DNA of 64,000 nt, from NCBI GenBank assembly GCA_951406725.2, contig OX597832.1, forward strand, positions 3,596,001-3,660,000. The letters are read 5' to 3'. The stretch is from Octopus vulgaris (lineage: Eukaryota). Below, piece after piece: positions 38,500-50,323 of the stretch (its first letter is position 1; every line of letters starts with the position of its first letter). The position numbers and the translations under genes were made by a program. A model generated the notes under the pieces. The model was not told where the DNA came from and made no database searches. It saw nothing but the letters and a program-made list of their open reading frames with translations.

Positions 38500-38812
38500 A
38501 CAGGCGTGGCTGTGTGATAAGAAGTTTGCTTCCCATGCACATGGTTCCGGATGCAGCGCCACTGCGTGGAACCTTGGGCAAGTATCTTCTATTCTACCCT
38601 CGGACCGAGGGTATAGTAGAAACCTTGTGAGTGGATTTGGAAGACAGAAACTGAAAGACGCCCATCGTATATATATATGCCTGCGCGTACGCATGTGTAT
38701 ATCTTTGTGCCTGTGTTTGTCCTCCATAACATTTCACTACTGGTTTTGATGTGTTACGTCCCTGCAACTTAGCGGTTCAGTTAAAGAGTCCAATAGCCTA
38801 AGTACCAGGCTT
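38500..38812 (+). mobile_element. Family A SINE
   Basis: Homology to 6570-6990. Confidence 0.75.
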
Positions 38813-39687
38813 ATAATGACAAATAAGTAAAAGATAAAAAGCTAAAACTTAATTGAATGTATTATGTTACTTAAGTCCGTTGACAACACCTGAATTTAAA
38901 TATGGTATGTACATCCATCCGTAAAACTATGTCTGAAGTGACTCGCATAAAACTATTCCTCTTTACCCAATTCAGTTTATGGCAACAATGCTAAAATATG
39001 ATAGCATAAGATGTGACACCAATCATATATCTCATTCCATCTCTCCTCAAAGCAAGTAATACATTACAACATTCAATGTTATCGTACCTTCACACTAGAT
39101 GCTTATAAAATTTCAAAAATGAGTACGAGCCTTTGCTGAATAAGTAACAGAGTCTTGGATTTTCTGACTAACAAACAATGCTCTGTCAAGTTGTACAATC
39201 TCAACGTCTCTTTTTATGTGAAGAACTGGTGTAGAGCGCTTAACTTCAAGTCCACTTTACACAAGCCTATCAGTATGATAGGTTTGATCAACAAAAATGA
39301 TCCAGATATTAGCTTTGAGAACAAACTAATCAACAGTATCCGGAAGGTGAAGTTTAGAGTATACTGTGAGCTACACAGATGATAATTTGTTTATATTTTT
39401 CTTTTCGTAGAAGTGATGCGAAAAAGATCTAAAGGCTATAACAACTAGTCGAGTTGTTATATGCATGTATCTATGTACTTGTGTTTGTCCTCTCACTACC
39501 ACTTGATGACCAAAAAGTACTGGGATTGATATATTTATTTAACAAAATCCTTGAAAGTGGAGCTACATTATGGCTGGCAACGTAAAATTCAAATTTAGAA
39601 AATCTGTTTGAATTAAGCTTCAAAGACAGATTCAACAAAACCCTTTCACGAGTGGATCTGATAGATGGAAACTGAAAGACGTCTGAC

Positions 39688-39740
<53 letters not shown>

Positions 39741-40181
39741 TAAGCAGAGTTAGTGGCTGGAAAACCGTCTAAGGGATAAGAATATCCGTTCTTACTACCG
39801 GTATCAATTACCTATATTAACACTGGGCATGGGCATGCAAGCAAAATATACTCAAAAGGTACAGGTAATAACAGAATAAACAAAAGTTAATCAGGAATCA
39901 AATTTAAAATAAGCAGAAAATGGAGAAAACTTTTGATCAACAAACAAACAAATTGCCCAACATCAGTTAATTATTTTTTAATACGAGATATAACATTGCT
40001 TACGGCCGTTTCGGCTGCCAATGTCAGTCGGAGCCTACAAATGAAGTTCCGAAAATAATATTCGTCATTTTTATAGCACATTCGATGCAGTACATGGAGT
40101 TTCATAAGCGTGAATACAAATACATAAAATAAAATAAGGGAAGAGGAAAGAGAAAAGAACAGAGCCATATACATACATACA

Positions 40182-40213
<32 letters not shown>

Positions 40214-42170
40214 CATACATTGTGTGTATCTGTGCATGTGTTTGCCCACCACTACCGCAAAATAACCGGTGTTAGTGTGTTCGCATCTCCGTGAATTAGC
40301 AGCCCAAACAAAAGAGAACGATAAAATAAGTACCAGGCTTTAAAAAATATTATTGTTAAAAGTCTGAAATTATAATGAGTCTTGGGATGATAATTGACGA
40401 GGAAGGAGCACGTCCATGTCTCGCGTGAATTTTCCGTTCGTTACTTTATCATGTTTCGGTTTAATTTTTGAAACATTATCTAATATAACGCGACGCACCC
40501 ATATTTTTGTCCTTTTTCTTTCTCTTATCTCTTTCTCTCCTTCTCTCTCTCACCGACTTACCTCTCTGTTACTTTCTGCCTCTCTACTCTCGACCACTTT
40601 TTCTTCTCTCCCCTACCAACACCATGTGACCCGCGACCATTCTCATGACTGCCCGCTTTTTTCCTTTGGACTTGTGCAGTCACGCTTCTCGCAGGCCCTT
40701 GCTCTCTTCTCCACTTTCTACAGAGGGCTTGTTTTTTCTCAGTTCATTTTTTTTTTCACCTTCGTACTATCTTTCCATCTGTTCACTTTCCGTTTCCAGT
40801 CTTATAGGACATTTTCCATTGTGTTACTCATACACACGTTCTGTCCTATCTTTGTCCCGCAGCCGTATGGCCATTATTTTGTTTGTATATTTACATTCGT
40901 ACCACTACCTGTGCTATTTGTTTTCGTCACTGTCCTCAACATTTGCTCACTATTCCCAGCCGTTTACCGCTGTTGACGCAACCGAAAAAGAACAAAGTTA
41001 TCGTTAAAGGCATGAAATTGTAAGGATTTTTTGGGGGACAATAACTGAAAAGAAATGAGCACGTCCATGTCTTGTGTGTGCATTTTCCGTTCGTTTCTTT
41101 GTTGCGCTTCGGTTTAATTTCAACAATTAACGTTGTAGTTTGTTTAGAAGCCCATCTACGGGTATCGGTCTCAGACACGATTTTACAGCGAAAACTGATC
41201 ATATTACAGAAAACACATTCGGAAATTCATGAATATCTGTATAATACACATAAAAATATTAACAAGAAAGAATAGATTCAGTAACACGTTTTATTGCATA
41301 TTACCACAATCGTTTCATCATCACTTAAAAAAAAGTCATTGCCGAAATATTATTGTATAATATATGGAAAATACATCGTATAAGTATTATGTTAGCAGTA
41401 AATGTCGATTCCTCAGGTATACGTACAAATGGGTCGCTAAGTGAAATCTTATTCCACTATACCTCACACTGATGATGTCATTATCATTTGACTAGAATAT
41501 GACATTTAAAACAAATATATATATATACACCATTACATCGTAAACCGCAAATTCAAACTAACCGATCAAGAAGTGGAGTGAATGAAAAGAACAAAAAAAT
41601 AGAAGGAAAATAAGCAAAGGGTTAGATAAATAAATTAATAAATGAACGGATAAAACATATAATTAAACATATCTGTGTCAGTATAGTTCCCATCTTATAA
41701 CACCATCAGCTCATTAGGTAGTCTGACCATAATAATTCAGTCAGTTACTGCTTTCCTTAACCAGATGACATAGAAATTGATTTACAAACGGCTTGCTAGC
41801 AATTATATCTATCAAGTTTGCCCACTATCACGATGTGTATTTAGGGAAACCAATAAAGCTAGTAGATTAAAATTATGTAGAATGATTAAGGAATAAGAAA
41901 TCACTTTCTAGTTTTTCATATATATATGTAAAACTGAGAATGTGTGTGTGTCTGTCTGACTGTCTGTGTGTTTCCCTAAAACTTGAGAACTACACAACCA
42001 CTTTCATTCAAATTTTACACATGCCTTACTTTGGGTTCATGTAGTGTCATGGGCAAAAAATGTTTAACTTCTTGCCTAGGGCGAGCCCACAGCAATATCA
42101 TATCTTCTCCACTATTTCAGTATTACGTGTTAAAAGTGAAACAAAAACATCTCTCTATTGTATGTATATG

Positions 42171-42225
<55 letters not shown>

Positions 42226-42232
42226 ATATATG

Positions 42233-42310
<78 letters not shown>

Positions 42311-42422
42311 TATATACATGTATACATGTATGTCTAGATGTACATGTAATACGTACACATATATATACACATATATACATGCATACATATATACACCCAT
42401 ACACACATACACACACACACAT

Positions 42423-42735
42423 AGGTGCAGGTGTGGCTGTGTGGTAACAAACTTGGTTCCAAAACACATGGTCCTCAGTTCAGTCCTACTGTGTGGTAAC
42501 TTGGCATGTGTCTTCTGCTATAGCCTCAGACCAACCAAAGCCTTGTCAGTGGATTTTGTTGACAGAAACTGAAAGAAATCAATTGTATGTATATATATGT
42601 ATATACGTAAGTCTATGTGTGTGCCTTTGTGTTTCTCCCTCATCACTGCTTCACAACTGGTGTTCGTTTATTTACATCCCTATAACTTACTGGTTTCACA
42701 AGAAGAAACTGATAGAATAAGTACCAGGCTTATCA
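42423..42735 (+). mobile_element. Family A SINE
   Basis: Homology to 6570-6990. Confidence 0.72.
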
Positions 42736-42820
42736 AAATATAAAAAAGCACTACGCAGTGTCTCATATTTTTGTTTGCCCACTCAGTTGTATCTATCAAT
42801 TTATGTTTGTGTGTGTGTGC

Positions 42821-42855
<35 letters not shown>

Positions 42856-42859
<4 letters not shown>

Positions 42860-43051
42860 TAATACTAAGCAATAAAGGGTTTAGCAACGAATTGCCTTAC
42901 CACAGACCGAATTTAGAAATAGCAGTCAAAGAGTTATAGCTATTTCTTCTACTAGTAGAAGAAATAGCTATAACTCTTTGACTGCTATTTCTAAATTCGG
43001 TCTGTGGTAAGGCAATTCGTTGCTAAACCCTTTATTGCTTAGTATTACTTA
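42856..43051. repeat. Perfect 196-bp palindrome (98-bp arms, no spacer)
   Basis: Axis 42953/42954 (TTCTACT|AGTAGAA); the arms read as exact reverse complements. Confidence 0.93.
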
Positions 43052-43137
43052 AATTTTCCTCGAATGAGGCTTTTACATGCCGAAGACTACTTGGTGTAAT
43101 TGATAATTATTCCAAATTAATTAATTTCACCCTTCAT

Positions 43138-43216
<79 letters not shown>

Positions 43217-43289
43217 GATTTCGTAGACAGGAACTGAAACAAATCAATCGTATATATATGTATATATGTAAGTGTATGTGTTATGGTAT

Positions 43290-45680
43290 TGGCAACATGA
43301 ATGACACTACTTGAATTTTGCACATACCATAACCTGTGCATCACTAACACATTCTTCGCCAACAAGACATCTCACATCCAAGATTTCACCACTGGCATCA
43401 GCTGGATCTCATCATTACACGATGATCCTATCTGAATTCTGTTCAACTGACTCGTAGTTACCATAGCGCGGATTGTGACACAGATCATTTACTAATAAGA
43501 AGCAGGGTGAAGATTCTGCCTAAAAATGTCCATCATTCCAAGAAAATTGACCGACCACGCATTAACACTGCCAGAATCTCGGACCTTACACTGCGACAAT
43601 GTTTTGCTGTTTCTATCAAAGTTTCCCTCTGTAGCTGCCCAACCTCCTCTGATGAAAGTTGGTGGAATTATATCAGGAAAACTTTGTATACCACATCAAT
43701 AGATACTTTCGGCATGAGAGAAAGGCAAAACCCAGATTGGTTCAATGCTGGGCTCTCAGAGCTGGAAACAGTTATCGAAGCAAAGCGTGCAATACAAGAG
43801 GGATTCTTCTACAAAATCACTCGAACAACTCAGAAAGGCAAGAAATAAAACCCAACTGACTGCTAGACGCTGTGCAAATAGGTATTGGCAGGAAATCTGT
43901 CAGCTGTATCCAGTATCCAGTCAGCTGCTGACAGTGGCGACACCCGTGGGATGTATACCGGTTTGAGGAAGGCCCTCGGTCCATCAGCAACCAAGCCAGC
44001 CCCTCTGAAATCAACTACTGGAGATTTCGTCAAGGACCAAAGCAAGCAAATGGATACATGGGTGGAGTACTACCAGGATCTCTACTCACGGGAGACCACG
44101 GTAGCTGAGGCTGCAATCGAGGTGTCAAGATCTTGCCAGTCATGTGCGAACTTGACAGTCTGCCATCTATAGCAGAGCTCACCAAGGCTATTGACTCCCT
44201 AGCAAGTAACAAGGCTCCAGGAAAAGACGGCATCCTCTTAGAGATCAGCAAAACCAGCAAAAACACCATCCTGCTTCGGCACCTTCATGAGCTTTTGTGT
44301 CAGTGCTGGGAAGAGGGTACAGTCCCTCAGGATATGCGGGATGCTAACATCATTACGCTTTACAAAAACAAAGGTGACCGTGGTGATTGTAACAATTACC
44401 GTGGAATATCTCTTCTAAACACTGTTGGAAAAGCCTTTGCTCGCATTATCCTGTCCAGGATACAACTGCTTGCTTCTCAAATTTATCCAGAATCGCAGTG
44501 TGGCTTTAGAAGAAGATCAACTATTGACGCCAACTTCAGGAGAAGTCCAGAGAGTAGAAAATGCCATTATATATGGCCTTCATTGATCTGACAAAGGCCT
44601 TTGACTTGGTAAGGAGAAAAGGCTTCTTCATCCTGCTCCAAAAAATCGGATGTTCATCAAAGCTGCTGACGATCATCAAATCTTTCCATGTTGATATGCA
44701 AGGCACCATACAGCACAATGGTTCAACATCAGCCGCCTTCCAAATAAAAAATGGGGTAAAGCAAAGTTGTGTCCTTACTCCTACATTATTTGGCATCTTC
44801 TCGCTGCTGCCACATGCCTTTGAGACATCAGATGATAGAGTGTTTCTGCACAGTACAAGTGATGGGAAACTGTTCAATCTTTCGCGTCTGCGTGCCAAGA
44901 CCAAAATAAGAAGCGTCCTGATCAAGGCGATGCTATTTGCTGATGATGCCACTCTGGTATCACACACAGAAGAAGCCCCACAAAGGCTCATCAACTGTTT
45001 TGAGCAAGCATGTATCAACTTTGGCTTAGCTATCAGCCTCAAGAAGACCAACATCATGGGTCAGGCTACATCGGACATCCCAAACATACATATTGGAGAC
45101 CACAGACTACAGGAGGTGGAGAAGTTTACCTATCTTGGCTCTACCGTCACCTATAACCTATCCCTTGATGAGCTCAATATACGCATTGGCAAGGCAACTG
45201 CTGTGATGGCCCAACTCTTCAAACGGGCATGGGACAACAATAAGCTGACCAAGACCACGAAAATGAAGATCTATCAGGCATGTGTACTTAGCACTCTACT
45301 GTATGGAAGTGAGACTTGGACGCCATTCACACACCAAGAGCGTCGCCTAAATATTTTTCACCTGCGCTGCCTCCGGAAAATCCTTCGCATCAAATGGCAG
45401 AATCATGTCCCCAACAAAGATGTCCTCAAGCAAGCAGGAATACCAAGCATGTTTGCACTCCTCACACAAAGACGTATGAGATGGCTTGGACATGTTAGCC
45501 GTATGGAAGATGGCAGAATCCCCAAGGACATACTCAACGGAGAGCTTGCTAGGGGCACTAGGTCTTACGATACAAGGATGTTTGCAAAAGGGACATGAAT
45601 GCTTGTAACATCAATATTACCAACTGGGAAGCAGTTGCCAGCTACCATGGAATGGAAATTGGCGACGTACCGTAAAACAT
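43290..45680 (+). mobile_element. RTE-clade LINE, 5'-truncated (APE C-terminus plus RT), frameshifted
   Basis: HWHQLDLII..., SADCDTDH (endonuclease end); KAPGKDG, CNNYRGISLL, ESQCGFR, FIDLTKAFD, GVKQ.CVL.P.LF, LFADD, FTYLGS, LYGSETW, RWLGHV. Confidence 0.92.
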
Positions 45681-46721
45681 ATATAACACTCTAATGGGAG
45701 CCTTAACTCCCAAACTTTAGACATTTCTTTTATGATCCAAAACTAGGTCAAAAGTTTGCTTTGACATACACTTACATTGTGATTTCTGCAATGTACTGCA
45801 TAAATTGTCAAGTAAATGAGAGGCATCTTTGCCTCCACTGATTCAGTTGCAAAGTGTTGAGTAAAGTTATTTGATTGCAGACCTCCTTTCAGTCTTTTTA
45901 TTATCACTGGGTCACACATAGTCCCCAGATGGTAACATTGATTTCAAGGCCTTCCTAGATGAGTGACTGGTTATTCAAAGACATTTATAGATTGTAAATT
46001 TATTCTGTCCAGTTACGTATCATTATAGTGGTCATTTGCAAACTCCAGATGTGACACTTTAATTTCTCCTTAGCCCTCACATCATACAGTTGTTAACGTT
46101 GATTTCAGTTGGGTCACGCCCTTCCAATTGCCATAGATTCGTAATGCATCTTACGGCTGTGCCTGTCACCTGGATGGTGAGGAATCCTACATTGGGAGTG
46201 GTACCGACTAGGGTAGGGTAACTGACTGCTTATTGTGATCATTCGTCTTTTGGTTTTTTGTAGCTTTGCTCTCTTTTACAAACCCAGTGAACATATATTT
46301 CCTATTTCAAAGAAATTCAAACAATAGATATAAGACCCAAGTTAAAAAATATTCTTAACAATTCAACTTCTCTGGTTGACATTAAGATGCCCACCCCCAA
46401 CAGGGGCCTTAACTCTCACATTTTAGAGCTCCATGACCTTCCTTTTTCAGGAGCAAAATCTTTTTAACAGGTTCAATAAGACTGGAATTTTGGAATATGC
46501 GCATAAAATCAGTAGTATGGGATACATGTGGCACGATTACAATTTTTTTAGGGTGTGTAAAGAGGGAAATAGCCCTCATCTGCAATTTTGATGAAATTCG
46601 AAACATAGACATTCCAGTTCATTACAGAAAATATAACAGAAAAGTCTAATTCTTCAATTGAATGTAACCGGGCAACGTCGGATATCTCTGCTAGTATATA
46701 TATATACTAGTATATATATAT

Positions 46722-46930
46722 ATGGCTAGGCTTTCAAAGGGCGCATTTATTTTTTATATAAGTTACCGATTATCTTATTAATAATGTATGTAATACGTAT
46801 GTGCGTATGTGTGTGTGTGTATGTATGCATATATAAATATGTGTGTGTGTATGCATAGACATATACGTGTGATGTATTATATGTGTGTATATATATGTGT
46901 GTATATATATATGTGTGTGTATATATATGC

Positions 46931-46962
<32 letters not shown>

Positions 46963-46972
46963 GCATATATAT

Positions 46973-47035
<63 letters not shown>

Positions 47036-47106
47036 GGCTTAGTAAAATAAATTACTTTGCCGCATACTGAAATTGATTAATTAATTAATTTTACCCTCAA
47101 TTGTTG

Positions 47107-47171
<65 letters not shown>

Positions 47172-47362
47172 GCATATATATACACACATATATATACACA
47201 CATATAATACATCACACGTATATGTCTATGCATACACACACACATATTTATATATGCATACATACACACACACACATACGCACATACGTATTACATACAT
47301 TATTAATAAGATAATCGGTAACTTATATAAAAAATAAATGCGCCCTTTGAAAGTCTAGCCAT
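46722..47362. repeat. Long inverted repeat (~190+ bp near-identical arms) around an 80-bp insert in (TA)n
   Basis: ATGGCTAGGCTTTCAAAGGGCGCATTTA... at 46722 is the reverse complement of ...TAAATGCGCCCTTTGAAAGTCTAGCCAT ending at 47362. Confidence 0.88.
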
Positions 47363-48035
47363 TTTATGCTTTTTTCTGTTAATTTGTGTTCTTTTATAAT
47401 TTTATTTGTATAAAATGCTTTCCCATGTTTTTATCATGATACAAATTAAATAAGTATCTACTATATATATATGTGTGTGTGTGTGTGAGAGAGAGAGAGG
47501 GGGGGGGGGGAGAGATCTTTGTTTATCATACTAAATGTATATACACTTTTGGAAAGCATTATGCTGTGGAATCGTACAGTATAAAATTTTTTAATAGAGT
47601 TGAAAGCGCTGTATATATCGGAGCGAGACGGGCATTGTTGCAGCACAGTGATGAGAATGACAGACGTGATTCACTCCTATGTATAGGGCGTCCCGGAATT
47701 AGGTTTTTCACTGAATTCAGACAATTAAAAAAAAAAAACTCTATCTTTGTCATGTTTAATATGTATTAAAAGTGTATAAATTTAAAATTTTGTTTATAAT
47801 TTTGCAATTTTTATAATTTTGTAATTTTTATAATTTCATTTTATGATTTAATTTCCATCCCTTATCTGTCCGTGACAGCCCTTTTTGTCAATTTGACTGC
47901 AGTCATTTTCTCTTCCTCCATCCCCAGAATGGAGCAATAGTAGGACAGGATTTAAACCATGAGAGGTTCCGGGATACTTCAATTTCGGTGGGCCCCTTAT
48001 GCACAGGAATTAAAATCTTAGAAAATTACGAGTAT

Positions 48036-48166
48036 ATTCTTTTATTTGTTTCAGTAATTTGACTGTGGCCTTGCTGGAGCACCGCCTTTAGTCGAGCAAA
48101 TCGACCCCAGGACTTACACGCACACACAGACACACAGACAGACAGACAGACACACACAGACAGACA

Positions 48167-48201
<35 letters not shown>

Positions 48202-48352
48202 GTATATATACGACAGGCTTTTTCAGTTTCCGTCTACCAAATCCACTCACAAGGCTTAGTAGAAGACACTTGCCCAAGGTACCACGCAGTGGGACTGAAC
48301 TCGGAACAATGTGGCTGGTAAGCAAGCTATTTACTACACATCATCTCCTGCA
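48036..48352 (-). mobile_element. Family A SINE
   Basis: Reverse-complement homology to 6570-6990. Confidence 0.75.
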
Positions 48353-48795
48353 CTTATATTGGATATTTTCAATAAAGCCTTGACGTAAGATCGATAAACC
48401 TATTTGTTTAGGTATCATAGATAACGAACTTAACATACCGCCAGTTTTAAAAAAATTTTCCCGATTTCTTCGAAATACTTAATTCTGGGATACGCTGTAT
48501 ATTTCTGTTTGTAACACAAGTCTATAAAAAGATTTTATCTCGTACAATTCCACAGCATTATTCCTTCTAACCGTCCTTATACATTTACAATGCTTTAGAA
48601 ATGGCAACTTTAATTTAACACCGTTTCAGTCGTGTATACTGAGTTCGCACACACACACACACACAGAGTGTATGTGGAGTCACGTGGCTTAGTGGTTAAG
48701 GATATTCGGCTCACGATAATATAAACAAATAATCTGTGGTTGTTCGGTAAGAAATTACCGAACCTTCATACGTCGTCTAACGACGAGAGTGTCCA

Positions 48796-48835
<40 letters not shown>

Positions 48836-49053
48836 TGCCACTGAGTTTGTTAAAAGCAACTGAGGCAGTAGTAATACCGAGGGCTAATATTTATCCCCAC
48901 TCAAACGTAGATGTTCTGTTAGAACAAACTAAACTGTGGTAGTTACCATGAGAGTAACTGTCATATTGGCTTTCGGTGCATGAATGCTTGTATACATATG
49001 GTAGTCGTCAACTTGATTCCAGCATAGCCACTTTTTAATTACTGATATATTCC

Positions 49054-49349
49054 TGGCCCAGTGGTTAGGGCAGCGGACTCGCGGTCGTTGGATCGTGGTT
49101 TTGATTCCCAGATCGGGCGTTGTGAATGTTTATTGAGCGAAAACACCTCCACGACGCTCCGGCAGGGGGTGGTGGCGATCCCTGTTGTACTCTTTCGCCA
49201 CAACTTTCTCTCACTCTTTCTTCTGTTGGCCTGCTCGCCTAGCCAGCGGGGCGGCGTCATTTGAAGGCTAAAACAATGCGAAGCGCATTGTGACCAGCGA
49301 CGTGTTGCAACATCTGATAGCCTTGTCAGTCACGGTGATCACGGTGATA
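49054..49349 (+). mobile_element. Family C SINE
   Basis: Homologous to 32984-33264; tail (CACGGTGAT)2. Confidence 0.8.
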
Positions 49350-49541
49350 TTCTTGTAACATGTTCGATACATATCTACCTTGTCTTAATTTCGTATTAAT
49401 TTTTTTAATAATAAACGTGTCCGCGTATAAGTGCGAATTTGTGTATCTTTGCCCTGTCCGTGTATTTGTCTTTATTTCTACGAGTGTTGACATCTGGCGA
49501 GTTGTGCCCCAATATGTAAAAGCACAATCTTTGAATAGATA

Positions 49542-49900
49542 TCTTTTACTTGTCTCAGTCATTGGCTTACAGTCATGCTGGGACACCGCCTTAAAGAGTT
49601 TTAGTCTTTTTCTAAAGGTCTCTTGTGCCGAACCGCTAATATTACAGGGATGTAAACACACCAAAACCGCTTGTCAATTAGTAGTGGGGGACAAACACAA
49701 AGATACACACATAAATATACACGCACATACACAAAGACAACTAAACATACATACAATTACACATGCACAAACCCACAAATACATGACGGGATTCAGCTTC
49801 CACCTACCAAATCCACTTACGAGGTCTTGGTTGCCCAGATTTATAGTGGAAGACACTGGAACTGAACCCGGAAACATGTGTTTGGGAGCAAGCTTACCAT
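49542..49900 (-). mobile_element. Family A SINE, decayed
   Basis: Reverse-complement homology to 6570-6990. Confidence 0.7.
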
Positions 49901-49942
49901 AATGCCACCCAAATGTAGACTGATAAAAATAATCTTTTCTAC

Positions 49943-50323
49943 TACAGGCACAAGGCCTGAAATTTGGGGGAGGGAAGAAGTCGATCACATCGACCCCATT
50001 GTTTCACTGGTACTTAATTTATCGACCGTGAAAAGATGTCGACCTCGACGGATGTCGACTTACTCAGAACGTAGCCACGAGCGAAATACCTATTTCTTTA
50101 CTACCCACAAGGGGCTAAACACAGAGGGGACAAATAAGGACAGACAAACGGATTAAGTCGATTACATCGCCCCCAGTGCGTAACTGGTACTTAATTTATC
50201 GACCCCGAAAGGTTGAAAGGGAAAGTCGACCTCGGAGGAATTTGAACTCAGAACATTACGGCAGACGAAATACTGCTAAGCATTTCGTCCAGCGTGCTAA
50301 CGATTCTGCCAGCTCGCAGCCTT
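49943..50323 (-). mobile_element. Composite or tandem family B SINEs
   Basis: The core GGTACTTAATTTATCGACC occurs twice; the tRNA-like head is at the right-hand end. Confidence 0.7.

Noticed and set aside
40416-40976. 186-aa hydrophobic ORF
   Set aside because: F/L/S bias explained by the pyrimidine-rich repeat sequence; no recognisable domain or splice context.
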